A stretch of 64,000 nucleotides of DNA from an uncultured Actinomycetota bacterium (GCA_964494385.1 CAZBSE010000001.1:292-64291), one strand, 5' to 3'. Counted from the first letter of the stretch, positions 17,295 to 27,454 are shown. Notes: a model not told the origin generated them from the sequence alone. A program made the numbers and translations.

Positions 17295-18584
17295 TTAATG
17301 CACCATAAGCTTTTTCAAATCATATTTAAAACCTGGAAAGGAATTTTCAATACAATCGGAATCCAGCACATTTACCGCACCTTTCGATAACAATGAAAGA
17401 ATAAAAAGAGACATAGCAATTCTGTGATCACCGAAACTTTCTACGTTTCCCCCGCCCGCACTGAATTTTATATTGCCTTTTATTACAATACCATCACTTT
17501 TTTCTTTGATATTTACCTTTAATTTTTTAAATTGGCTTACAATAGAATTAATTCTGTCGCTTTCTTTATACCTTAACTCCTCTGCCCCTCTTATTGTTGT
17601 TTCACCTTCTGCAGCAGCGGCAGCTACACTTAATATTGGAATTTCATCAATAATATTGGGAATATATTCTTTTTCTATTTTAATAGAATGAAGTTTACTG
17701 TAAAAAGTTTCAATATCTGCTACCGGTTCATTATTAAATATCCTTTTATTTCTTATAATAATTTTACCGCCCATTTTTTTAAGGATTTCAAGAATAAAAC
17801 TTCTTGTGGGATTTACTCCGACATTTTTTATTATGGTATGTGAGTCTTCCAAAATTAAAGTAGCAACTATAAAAAAGACTGCCGAAGATATATCTCCCGG
17901 AATATAAATACCCCCGGCAGATAGTATTTTGCCCGGCTTCAGCTTTATACATTTACCATTAAAACTGATATCAGCTCCGAAATGCTTCAGCATTCTTTCC
18001 GTATGATCCCTTGAAACTTTATGCTGTATGACCTCTGTTTCTCCTCTGGCATTAAGAGCTGCCATTAGAATGCAGGATTTTACCTGTGCGCTTGGAATAT
18101 CCATTTCAAATTTTTTTCCCTTTAGATCAGGATTTCCAAATATGACTATTGGTGCCTTGGTATTACTATCCCTTCCATTTATTATAGCCCCCATTTTTAC
18201 CAGCGGTTCTATAACTCTTTTCATTGGTCTGATATTTACAGATCTATCACCACTCAATATTGACATAAAATCGGTGGCTGCTAAAACTCCACTCATAATT
18301 CTTATTGTTGTCCCTGAATTTCCAACGTCCAGGATTTCATCGGGCTCCCTTAAACTTTTAATCCCTTTTCCATAAACTATTAACTTATTATTTAATCTTT
18401 CAATTCTGACACCTAATTTAATCAACACATCTATAGTCTTAATACAATCCTTGCAGTATAAAAAATTTTCTATTACTACATTATTATTGGCCAATGAAGA
18501 GATTATAACGCTTCGATGTGAAATTGACTTATCTCCTGGAATCTTTATTTCTCCTTTTAATTTAATTTTTTTATTTAACTCCAT
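17295..18584 (-). CDS. aroA: 3-phosphoshikimate 1-carboxyvinyltransferase (EPSP synthase)
   Basis: PGDKSISHR and GNSGTTIR motifs. 429 aa. Confidence 0.93.
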   Translation of the reverse strand: MELNKKIKLKGEIKIPGDKSISHRSVIISSLANNNVVIENFLYCKDCIKTIDVLIKLGVRIERLNNKLIVYGKGIKSLREPDEILDVGNSGTTIRIMSGVLAATDFMSILSGDRSVNIRPMKRVIEPLVKMGAIINGRDSNTKAPIVIFGNPDLKGKKFEMDIPSAQVKSCILMAALNARGETEVIQHKVSRDHTERMLKHFGADISFNGKCIKLKPGKILSAGGIYIPGDISSAVFFIVATLILEDSHTIIKNVGVNPTRSFILEILKKMGGKIIIRNKRIFNNEPVADIETFYSKLHSIKIEKEYIPNIIDEIPILSVAAAAAEGETTIRGAEELRYKESDRINSIVSQFKKLKVNIKEKSDGIVIKGNIKFSAGGGNVESFGDHRIAMSLFILSLLSKGAVNVLDSDCIENSFPGFKYDLKKLMVH

Positions 18585-18586
18585 GA

Positions 18587-19708
18587 TTATTCACTCAATA
18601 CTTTCTTTGCACTTACTTCATAGCCTGCTTTTTCGATTGCCTTTTTAGTTATATTGCCGGCATCCTCTCCCTGTACCAGCACCTTTAAAATTCCTCCACC
18701 GCTGAATTCCGTGGAATGGAATATAGATATATCTTCTATGTTTATGCCATGGGAACTTATGGCAAGTGTAATTTCACTTAGTACCCCGGCTTTATCCGGC
18801 ATTGATACTCTTATTTCATATAAATTAGCAATATCTTTTTCAACATATTTGGGTAGATTGATTCTTGCTTTTTGGGCTTTAATATAATGCTTTTTTATAT
18901 AATCATAATTACCTTTTTTTAAATTTTCCTTAAATTTTTTAAGATATTTTATATAACAATCTACAGATTCAATTAATTTATCCTTATTTTCCATACTAAT
19001 ATCCAGCCACATTTTTATATTTGAAGCAGCAATTCTTGTCATATCTCTGAATCCACCCGCACAGAGTTTGAACAAATTCTTAAGATTTTTTTGTTTATCA
19101 TCAATCATATCAACTAAATTAGTTGAAAGAACATGCGGTAGGTGGCTGATCAATGCTACATTTGCATCATGTTCTGCAGGATCTATTAATATAACTTTTG
19201 CTCCAATTCTGGCAAATAGAGAGTGCAGCGTAACCAGCGGTTCCGTAATAGTTTTTTCCGTAGGAGTAAGGATATAAAAAGTATTTCTAAATAAATCAGG
19301 AGTAGCGCTAAGTATGCCTTCATTTTCTGAACCCGCCATGGGATGTCCCCCAATAAAAAATACGTCTTCCGGCAGTATTTCGCTTACACTCATGACTATC
19401 TTTTCTTTTGCACTGCCTACATCTGTAATGATAACACCTTTTTTAAGGTGATTTTTAATATTATTCACTACTTCCACTATTTTACTTACAGGTGTAGCAA
19501 TTATTATTAGATCTGCATTGCAAACCGCTTCCCTGTAACTGCATGCAGAGATATCAATTATATTTCTATACTTTGCTATATTCATTGCATCGATTTCAAT
19601 ATCATAACCGGTTATTATAAAGCTATCATTAGTGTTTTTTAACGAAAGCGCTAATGACCCGCCGATAAGTCCTAATCCTATAAGAGTTATATTTTTAAGT
19701 TTTTTCAC
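18587..19708 (-). CDS. tyrA: Prephenate dehydrogenase with C-terminal ACT domain
   Basis: Rossmann motif IGLGLIGGS, PDH core and an ACT-like tail (IRVSMPDKAGVLSEITLAISSHGINIEDI). GTG start. Confidence 0.88.
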   Translation of the reverse strand: MKKLKNITLIGLGLIGGSLALSLKNTNDSFIITGYDIEIDAMNIAKYRNIIDISACSYREAVCNADLIIIATPVSKIVEVVNNIKNHLKKGVIITDVGSAKEKIVMSVSEILPEDVFFIGGHPMAGSENEGILSATPDLFRNTFYILTPTEKTITEPLVTLHSLFARIGAKVILIDPAEHDANVALISHLPHVLSTNLVDMIDDKQKNLKNLFKLCAGGFRDMTRIAASNIKMWLDISMENKDKLIESVDCYIKYLKKFKENLKKGNYDYIKKHYIKAQKARINLPKYVEKDIANLYEIRVSMPDKAGVLSEITLAISSHGINIEDISIFHSTEFSGGGILKVLVQGEDAGNITKKAIEKAGYEVSAKKVLSE

Positions 19709-19901
19709 TTTTATACCTAAAACAATTAGAAATTATTTTACTAAAATAAATAAATATTTTTATACTATATAAAAATTGTTAAACTTTGTGAATAAATAAT
19801 TAATTTCCATAGATAAGTATTTTACTACAGTTCAAAATTTTTTATTATTAAAAAATAATTTAATAAATAGCTTGTTTTGTCTAAATTTCACTTTTAATCT
19901 A

Positions 19902-19930
19902 TTGACAACAATTTTCAATTCTGCTATCTT
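19902..19930 (+). promoter_or_regulatory. Sigma-70-type promoter of an orphan plus-strand unit
   Basis: TTGACA (19902-19907), a 17-nt spacer, then TATCTT (19925-19930). Confidence 0.45.
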
Positions 19931-19937
19931 TTTAATA

Positions 19938-20102
19938 TCTGGAGCAGGAGGCAACTTTTGGAAATAGCCAGGATTTATATTCGAAAGAAAATAAATTATA
20001 GGTTAAGATTCTGAAAAGTCCCTAAGAAAAGTTCCAAGATATACCCCGAGATGTTGAGTAGCCTAAAGCGCTTGCTACGGCAAAAGATAACTCGGGGTTT
20101 TT
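19938..20102 (+). ncRNA. Candidate small RNA or 18-codon micro-ORF transcript
   Basis: Bounded by the promoter above and an intrinsic terminator. It is the only plus-strand unit within a 59-kb minus-strand array. Contains AGGAGG (19946-19951), a 6-nt spacer and a TTG ORF (19958-20014) encoding MEIARIYIRKKINYRLRF. Confidence 0.35.
20043..20102 (+). terminator. Intrinsic terminator with a long irregular hairpin, possibly bidirectional
   Basis: ACCCCGAG (20043-20050) pairs with CTCGGGGT (20091-20098) and TTTT follows. Inner helix GTAGC/GCTAC and TTG/CAA. Confidence 0.65.
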
Positions 20103-20237
20103 ATATTAGAAAAGATACTGCAATTACTGAATTTTCCTATAAATTTATAAAACATTTTGCCATATATCCTGATTATTTTTAACGATTGTATTTTTTATAG
20201 GATGCTTTAACAATCTTTTTTGTATTTTCACGATTAT

Positions 20238-22823
20238 TTATTTTAAAGCGTTTATAAAAATTTTTACCAGAAAAGGATCAAATTGAGTACCGGCGCATCT
20301 TTTAAGCTCTGCTAAGGCTTCTTTTATACTGAATGCCTTTCTATAACACCTGTCATGAGTCATTACATCATAAGCATCTACTATAGATATAATTCTGGCC
20401 TCCAGAGGAATTTCATTACTTTTCAATTTACGTGGATATCCTTTTCCATTCCAGTATTCGTGATGCGATAATACTGCATTTGCAATTGGAGCCAGCTGTG
20501 GGGAAGAACTGGATATATTATAGCCGATCTCCGGATGTCTTCTTATAATCTCCCATTCATTAGTTGTTAACTTGCCTTTTTTCAAAAGAATTTTATCAGG
20601 TATACCAATTTTTCCTATATCGTGCAGTGTAGAAAGTAATGATAATTCATTTAATTTATTTTCCGATAAATTCATAGATATTCCTATCATTAATGCCATT
20701 TTTTTCATCCTCATTGCATGTTCTTCTGTTTCATAACTTTTTTCCTGAAGTGTTCTTTCAAGAGAAGAAATAATAGAACTGGATATGCTGTCCCTTTCAA
20801 GCAGTTTTCTGCTGTACATACGATTCTCAGCTTCTTTTAATACAACTTTTATATCATGATCAATAATTATCTTTGTTGAAGTTCCCAGAGATATGCTTAA
20901 TGGTATTTTCTGATCATTGGTCTTAAGACATGCCTGTCTTATTCTATTTATTATTTTTTCTGAAATTATCTCCTCGGTTCCGGGAAGCAAAATTGAAAAT
21001 TCATCATCGCCCCATCTTGCTATAATGTCTTCCCTTCTACAGCAGTTTTTTAATACTCTTGCAGTTTTTTTAAGGATCCTGTCTCCTTCCTTACGGCCAA
21101 AAGCATCATTTACAAGTTTTAATCCATTTACATCCCCTACGATGAAACTTAACGGAAGCTGCCTTTTTGTATTTAGTCTCTTAATCTCCTCTTCAAAATA
21201 AGCACGGTTGTATAATCCTGTCAATTTGTCCTTCAACAATAAATATTCAATTTCTTCTCCGGCTTTCTTATGTTCCAATGTATTGGCAAAAATATCTCCT
21301 GCTATTTTTAATAATTTTATATCATCCCCGGTCCAATTCTTTTTTTCTCTTACTGTGTCAAGACCTATGTAACCTATAAGAGTACCGCTGTAAAGCATCG
21401 GAACGGCAATAGTAGATTTTACGTTACAGAGCTGCAGCATTCTTTTTTCTTTTTCTGCTTCCGGCTTAAGTTTTTTAACATCCGGTATATTAACAGTCTC
21501 CATATTGTTGATTTTATCCATAAACCACGGAATTTTTTTTACTTTTAATTCTTTAAAATTTTCTATCTGTGGTTCAATATCTACTCTGCACCACCCATAG
21601 GTATTTTTTGCCAAGGTTATATTTTTATTAAACATAAAAATATAGCTACGGTCGGAAAAAGTAAATTTTCCAATTGTTTCCAGGGCACGATTTATTCCGT
21701 TATCTATGTTGTTAAGATCAAGATTAATAAAGCTTTTTGATAATACTGCAATTAGATTTTCGTATTTTATGCGAAAATGAAGCGATTTGTTCATACTGTT
21801 TCGGTTGCTTACATCACGGAGTACGATTACTTTACCTATACATTTATTGTGGCCGTAGTAAATAGGATTTATAGTCATATCATAACTCATATTATCCATT
21901 TTATTTGAAATAATTATATCCATGTTTAGCTCAAGTGTATCAGGCTGATGCTTAAAATAACTATAGTAATTAGGTAAAATATCTGTAACAGGGCTTCCGA
22001 TAATTTTTTTCTTATAATCTTTAAAGATATTCTTTGCTGAGGGGTTAAGATAAAAAATATTATTTTTATTATCCAATACAATAATATTATCTTTTATACT
22101 GTCAATAATAGCTTCACGTGCAATCGGTATAATATCAATTGCTTTCAAATGTTTAGATCCAAAAATTATTGCCGATATGCTTAAAATTACAATCAGAGGT
22201 GTTATATCCAGAATATTAAAAGGCTTTATTTTTGCTGTATACATCATATTAAATATCCATGGTATAAATAGAGCAAATGTAATACCTGCTGATTTTATAC
22301 AAAAATATCTAAATTTAATAACCATGATAATCATTAGTACATGATAAGTAATAATGATTAATGAACATAAATATATTAACCACACCCAGAACCATATGCC
22401 ATATTGTTGCGTCAATATATTTAAATCTGTACTTATTATGATATTTTTCCAGAGAAGGCCATGTAACTCATTGGTGAAAACAAGAATTAAAGTTATTGCA
22501 GGAATAATACTTAAAAATAAAATCCTTTTATTTGTAATCCATTTCCTATAGCCCGTACTATGCAGAATAAGAAGCAGGTAAACAATAGGGACGATAACAA
22601 TACCTATATATTCTATCTTACTCCAAAAAATTTTTACCTGGATATCAGTACTCCATAATTTCAAGACACCAGCAGATATCCAGATCAGACAGCCTGTTAT
22701 TAGAATTATTCCCAATCTTAAACTTTTAATATACCTGCTTTTCCATATTAAAAAAGAAAATATAATTGAAGCTATTAGACTTAGGAACAGTGCCGCTATA
22801 TATAATACTTGTTGTAAATTCAT
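20238..22823 (-). CDS. Membrane sensor protein: 7TM N-terminal domain, PAS, GAF, degenerate GGDEF (GDDEF), HD-GYP
   Basis: 861 aa. HisKA_7TM-like N-terminus (TNELHGLLW). RRED I-site followed by WGDDEF. HD-GYP core (LHDIGKIGIP, HHEYWNGKGYP). Confidence 0.8.
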   Translation of the reverse strand: MNLQQVLYIAALFLSLIASIIFSFLIWKSRYIKSLRLGIILITGCLIWISAGVLKLWSTDIQVKIFWSKIEYIGIVIVPIVYLLLILHSTGYRKWITNKRILFLSIIPAITLILVFTNELHGLLWKNIIISTDLNILTQQYGIWFWVWLIYLCSLIIITYHVLMIIMVIKFRYFCIKSAGITFALFIPWIFNMMYTAKIKPFNILDITPLIVILSISAIIFGSKHLKAIDIIPIAREAIIDSIKDNIIVLDNKNNIFYLNPSAKNIFKDYKKKIIGSPVTDILPNYYSYFKHQPDTLELNMDIIISNKMDNMSYDMTINPIYYGHNKCIGKVIVLRDVSNRNSMNKSLHFRIKYENLIAVLSKSFINLDLNNIDNGINRALETIGKFTFSDRSYIFMFNKNITLAKNTYGWCRVDIEPQIENFKELKVKKIPWFMDKINNMETVNIPDVKKLKPEAEKEKRMLQLCNVKSTIAVPMLYSGTLIGYIGLDTVREKKNWTGDDIKLLKIAGDIFANTLEHKKAGEEIEYLLLKDKLTGLYNRAYFEEEIKRLNTKRQLPLSFIVGDVNGLKLVNDAFGRKEGDRILKKTARVLKNCCRREDIIARWGDDEFSILLPGTEEIISEKIINRIRQACLKTNDQKIPLSISLGTSTKIIIDHDIKVVLKEAENRMYSRKLLERDSISSSIISSLERTLQEKSYETEEHAMRMKKMALMIGISMNLSENKLNELSLLSTLHDIGKIGIPDKILLKKGKLTTNEWEIIRRHPEIGYNISSSSPQLAPIANAVLSHHEYWNGKGYPRKLKSNEIPLEARIISIVDAYDVMTHDRCYRKAFSIKEALAELKRCAGTQFDPFLVKIFINALK

Positions 22824-23060
22824 TACTATATTTTTTATTCCTTATCTTATTGCTTATATTACTAATAAAAAGTACTAATATATCTTACTAATAATTTACC
22901 GATATAAGTATTATTTATAATTTATATTTATGTATAAAGATTTATTTAATGTAATATATTATCATAAATTAAATAAAATATAAACTTTTATATTAAAATA
23001 TTTTATATATTTTAACTACTGGAGGATAGTTATAAATCAATATTATTTTAATATATAATA

Positions 23061-24908
23061 TTATGTTAATATTTTTTTAACTTTATTCACGATTGCCTTA
23101 CTTGAAATTCCTTCATAATCCAAAAGTTCGGCAGGTTTACCACTTCTTGGCATTTTTCTTACTGCAAGCATGTACACGGGACTACCGTTTTCTGAGGTAA
23201 CACTTTTTACTGCTTCCCCAATACCACCTTCGGCAAAATGGTCCTCTACGGTTATTATTGCACTGGTCTCTCTTTGTGCCTTTAATATAGAATCTTTGTC
23301 TATGGGTTTTATGCTGTATAAATCAATTACCCTTATAAATAAGTTTTCTTTTTTTAGTTCTTCGTAGGCTTTTAATGCCTCATGCAGTGTTACGCCCGCT
23401 GCGCAAACAGTAATCCTATCACTTCCGCTTCTTCTTACTGTCTTACTCCCTCCGATTTCAAAATCATCTTTTTGGTTATAAATAATAGGCATATCCATCC
23501 TGGTCGTTCTTATATAAACATTTCCTAAATGTTCGGCTGCCCTTTCTACCAGTTTAGATGTAGCTATTCCGTCTGATGGATACAGCACAACACCGTTAAT
23601 TAAGGTCCTGAACATTGCTATATCTTCAAGGCCCATTTGTGAGGCCCCGTCTTCACCGATTGAAACTCCTGCATGGGAACCTACAAATTTTATATTTGAA
23701 TTTGAATACTGGCTCATTCTTATTTGATCAAAAGCTCTGGTAAAAAATGCTGCAAATGTTGAAATAAAAGGAATTTTTTTTCTAAGAGATAATCCAAGAG
23801 CCGTTCCAACCATATTCTGCTCAGCAATATACATTTCGAAAAATCTCTCAGGAAATTTTTTCTTAAAAGTCTCAGAATACGTTGAATTGCTTACTTCTGC
23901 ATCAAGAACCACCAATTGCGGATATTTTGAAAATATATTTACCAGTGTATTTCCGTATACCCTTCTGGTGGATATCTTATCTCCTTCCATGGGTATCTTT
24001 TCGTATTTTATTTTTTCTGATTTTGGTATTTTAACATTGTCCGGCTTTGAAATCTCAGCCCTTATATCCCTATCAATTTTTCCCAATTGGTTAAGTGCTA
24101 TCTTCATATCTTCTTCCGGCATTGCTTTCCCATGCCAGCCGTTTTTATCTTCTATTAATTTTACTCCCTTTCCCTTGACGGTTCTTGCAATTATCATTAC
24201 AGGTTTACCTTTTAAGCTTAATGATTTCTCGTAAGCATTTTCAATTTCTTCAAGATTATGACCATCGATTGTTATGGTTTCCCATCCAAACGATGATACT
24301 CTGTCCCGGTAAGCTTCCGTTTTATTACCATAAATCGTCTCCCCTCTTTGTCCCAGCCTGTTTAAATCTATAATGCCTGTAAGATTGTCCAGTTTGTAAT
24401 GAGCCGCAATTTGTATAGCTTCCCATTGAGAACCTTCAGTCATCTCGCTGTCACCCAGAAGAACGTATGTATGATAAGGCAGTTTATCTATGTATTTGGC
24501 GTTTAAAGCCATTCCCAGTCCTATTGAAAGACCCTGACCCAATGACCCTGTGGCAGCTTCGGCATACGGAAAATTCGGAGTAGGATGCCCTTCAAGCCTG
24601 CTTCCAAATTTTCTAAGAGTCAATAGTTCTTTCTCGCTTACTGCCCCTGCGGCAGCCCATAATGAATACATCAGTGGAGAGGCATGGCCTTTGGAAAAAA
24701 TCAACCTGTCATTATTTATATATTCTACATCACCAATCTTGAATTTAAAAAAACCTCCGAATAACAGTGTTGTCATTAATTCTACTGCTGAAAGCGAAGA
24801 CGATGGGTGCCCCGAACCTGCTTTGGTAGTAGAAATTAATATAAAATACCTTACAAGTCTTGATAATTTCTCTAACTTTTTTTTATCAATCATTTTTACT
24901 CCAATCAC
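23061..24908 (-). CDS. tkt: Transketolase (single-chain, ~615 aa form)
   Basis: Matching segments: GSGHPSSSLS, GHASP, GDSEMTEGSQWEA (ThDP motif). Pyrimidine-binding and C-terminal domains present. Confidence 0.9.
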   Translation of the reverse strand: MIGVKMIDKKKLEKLSRLVRYFILISTTKAGSGHPSSSLSAVELMTTLLFGGFFKFKIGDVEYINNDRLIFSKGHASPLMYSLWAAAGAVSEKELLTLRKFGSRLEGHPTPNFPYAEAATGSLGQGLSIGLGMALNAKYIDKLPYHTYVLLGDSEMTEGSQWEAIQIAAHYKLDNLTGIIDLNRLGQRGETIYGNKTEAYRDRVSSFGWETITIDGHNLEEIENAYEKSLSLKGKPVMIIARTVKGKGVKLIEDKNGWHGKAMPEEDMKIALNQLGKIDRDIRAEISKPDNVKIPKSEKIKYEKIPMEGDKISTRRVYGNTLVNIFSKYPQLVVLDAEVSNSTYSETFKKKFPERFFEMYIAEQNMVGTALGLSLRKKIPFISTFAAFFTRAFDQIRMSQYSNSNIKFVGSHAGVSIGEDGASQMGLEDIAMFRTLINGVVLYPSDGIATSKLVERAAEHLGNVYIRTTRMDMPIIYNQKDDFEIGGSKTVRRSGSDRITVCAAGVTLHEALKAYEELKKENLFIRVIDLYSIKPIDKDSILKAQRETSAIITVEDHFAEGGIGEAVKSVTSENGSPVYMLAVRKMPRSGKPAELLDYEGISSKAIVNKVKKILT

Positions 24909-24976
24909 TCTTTTAATTTTTTATAAAAAACCCCTTCAGTTTATGCAAATATTAATGATATAAAAATTTATAATTA

Positions 24977-26368
24977 TTATCCAGGTTCTACATGTATTGA
25001 AATTTCTTTTATATTTTTAAATTTTCTTTTTATGTCATCTTCTATTCCTGTAATAATGAAATGCGCTTTTTTTACATTTAAATCTTTATTAAGTCTGCAG
25101 TGAAATGCCAGACTATATAAATTCCCTTTTTTAAGAACAGTAAAATTATGGCAGGTTTCCGGGTTAACATATGTTGATATTTCTTCCTTAATTTTACTAA
25201 TTAATTCATTTGATTTAACGGTCATATCATTCCATTCCTCACTGCTTTTGGAGTCTTCTATATGAATATAGACATTTTTTAAATTATTTATTCTTTTTTT
25301 AATCTTATTTTCTGCAATCTTCGTCAGCTTCTCGGTTTTTTCCAGATTTAAATATTTATCCAATTCCATATGTATTGTAACATTTATGTGTTTATTTATA
25401 TCATATACTGAAATATTATGTATATTTTTCACACCCGGCTGATTTAATACTATCTCTTTAATGCATTCCTCTACATCACCACCGGATGGTAGAGATTTAG
25501 TATCTATAATTATTTCTGATCCGGGTATTCTTTTTAAAATTTTACTTTTTATCTTCTCTTTTATTTTTTCAACTTGTGAAAGATAAAAATTTTGATTAAG
25601 GCATATTTCCAGATTAATGAATTTTATGTTCCCTACCTCATGCAATTTTAATTTATTTATAGATTTTATTTCACCAATTCCCTTTAATATATTAATTATA
25701 TTTTCCGTAATTTCTTTTGGCACATAATCCAATAAATTTTTTACTATTTTTATTGATAATCTTAGACTAAGCGCAAAAACGATCAATGATACTATTATGG
25801 AGGCAATGGGGTCTGCCATATATATCCCGTTACTGGCCAGGTATAGTCCCACTATTACAATAACGGAACTTAAGATATCGCTGGAATAATTTATGAACTC
25901 TGCCTTTAATGCAAAAGAATTATATTTCTTTGCCGCTCTTCCTATATAGAATACTCTTATTATATTTAATAATATTGAAATTATTAAAATTATAAAAATA
26001 TATATATTTAAATTTAGTTCAAAATTTTTATATATGATTCTTTGAATAGATTTGTAAATAATAAAAAAGCTCAGCGCAGATATTATAATAATTTCAAAAA
26101 GAGCGGATATGTTTTCATATTTTCCATGACCATAAGTATGATCTTTATCAGCCGGCCTTGATGAAATTCTTATGGCCATATAAGTTATTATGACAGTTAC
26201 AATATCAAGACTGTTATTAAGGGCCTCTGAAAAAATACCGATACTGTTGCTAAAATAAGCAACTGTAATTTTAACGATAACCAAAATAATGGATATCAGC
26301 AGTGAAAACAGTGCAATTTTTCTTTTATATAAATTATTAGAATTTATATGTTCAAAATTTTTTTTCAT
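24977..26368 (-). CDS. Cation diffusion facilitator transporter with a triplicated cytoplasmic domain
   Basis: 6-TM CDF core (DHTYGHGKYE) followed by three consecutive CTD-like alpha/beta modules. The last ends in the canonical ISIHVEPG. Confidence 0.8.
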   Translation of the reverse strand: MKKNFEHINSNNLYKRKIALFSLLISIILVIVKITVAYFSNSIGIFSEALNNSLDIVTVIITYMAIRISSRPADKDHTYGHGKYENISALFEIIIISALSFFIIYKSIQRIIYKNFELNLNIYIFIILIISILLNIIRVFYIGRAAKKYNSFALKAEFINYSSDILSSVIVIVGLYLASNGIYMADPIASIIVSLIVFALSLRLSIKIVKNLLDYVPKEITENIINILKGIGEIKSINKLKLHEVGNIKFINLEICLNQNFYLSQVEKIKEKIKSKILKRIPGSEIIIDTKSLPSGGDVEECIKEIVLNQPGVKNIHNISVYDINKHINVTIHMELDKYLNLEKTEKLTKIAENKIKKRINNLKNVYIHIEDSKSSEEWNDMTVKSNELISKIKEEISTYVNPETCHNFTVLKKGNLYSLAFHCRLNKDLNVKKAHFIITGIEDDIKRKFKNIKEISIHVEPG

Positions 26369-26461
26369 AAAAAAAAGGGCCCTATTTAATTATTTAATTA
26401 ATATAATATCTATATTTTGATAAGTCAAAATATAATTCCTCCTGATTATCTACTTTAATCT

Positions 26462-27454
26462 TTACTCAGCGGTAGGATTTTCATTTATATAAATATTATA
26501 TGCAGTATCATAAATTTCATTTATCTTTTCCGCATCCATTTCATCAAAACTTATTGTATTGTAGTTTATATCCCATAAATAATTCTTATTAACTTCAATA
26601 AGAAAATCATATTTCAGCCCGTTTATCCTCGCCTCTCTTGCAAATTCAGTCAGGGGAGGTATCTCTATTTTTCCGTAAATTCCCGGTAATATATAATTTT
26701 TTACAAAATCTTTTTCAGGGTTTGATATAAAATTTTTTACATCAATTAAATGTTCCAGCTTTAACCTTAAGAAACCTTTATTATAATAACCTCTGGTATT
26801 TTCTCCTCCTGCAATTTTATCCCACTGCTCATTAATGGATTTGATTTCCTGTTCGAGCTTTTCTTTTTCTATCATTCCATATATATATTTACCTGCTGCT
26901 CTTTCAGCTTCTTTTTCATAAACTATTTTATATTTAATTAAATTTGTAATATGGATGGCCATAGCTTCTTCAGATGCCTGCATTCTGTAAATATTCCATA
27001 TTATCTTTTCACCCTGAAGGGTCTCTTTATAATAATTTATTGCCTCTTTCATTATATTATTAAAATCCTGAGTTTCTTTTCCGGATCCCAGACCTTTTCT
27101 TATTATAAGATCAATATAAGCATGGAAGCATTCATGGTACACGCTGGATATTTCAAAACTATCCATTTCTGAGAAAGATTTAAAATTTCCATTTTCATCA
27201 AATGCATAGGTTAAATATACTACCCCATATCCATAGGCAGGTCTTGGCCTGTATTTTAATCTTATCTTATCGCTTATAATCTTAATATATTCTGTGGGAA
27301 AATTATTTTTTTCTGCTTCAGCTATAAATTTATAAAGAGAGCCGGAACTATCTCTATCCTGGCTGCATTCCATCGTAAAAAAAGAAAAAAATAATATAGC
27401 AGCCGCAATTAATGAAGCAGTTAATATGCCTCTGGGATTAACAATCTTTTTCAT
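26462..27454 (-). CDS. Secreted or lipid-anchored hypothetical protein with an HExxH motif
   Basis: 330 aa. N-terminal signal sequence. HECFH at residues 107-111. No family recognised. Confidence 0.35.
   Translation of the reverse strand: MKKIVNPRGILTASLIAAAILFFSFFTMECSQDRDSSGSLYKFIAEAEKNNFPTEYIKIISDKIRLKYRPRPAYGYGVVYLTYAFDENGNFKSFSEMDSFEISSVYHECFHAYIDLIIRKGLGSGKETQDFNNIMKEAINYYKETLQGEKIIWNIYRMQASEEAMAIHITNLIKYKIVYEKEAERAAGKYIYGMIEKEKLEQEIKSINEQWDKIAGGENTRGYYNKGFLRLKLEHLIDVKNFISNPEKDFVKNYILPGIYGKIEIPPLTEFAREARINGLKYDFLIEVNKNYLWDINYNTISFDEMDAEKINEIYDTAYNIYINENPTAE

Noticed and set aside
19810-19830. A 21-mer (TAGATAAGTATTTTACTACAG) shared, with 2 mismatches, with 27548-27568. Both copies sit ~100 nt upstream of minus-strand genes.
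   Set aside because: A rough estimate for an AT-rich 64-kb window, counting both strands, gives tens of such 19/21 matches by chance. I found no third copy and no clear dyad symmetry.
19938-20102. Possibility that the orphan RNA is a c-di-GMP riboswitch, T-box, SRP RNA or 6S RNA
   Set aside because: No downstream plus-strand gene exists for it to regulate. I could not find the GEMM, T-box (AGGGUGGNACCGCG-like) or SRP helix-8 (GGAA tetraloop with AGCA loop) signatures. The 3' end is a self-contained hairpin rather than a 5'/3' closing stem as in 6S RNA.
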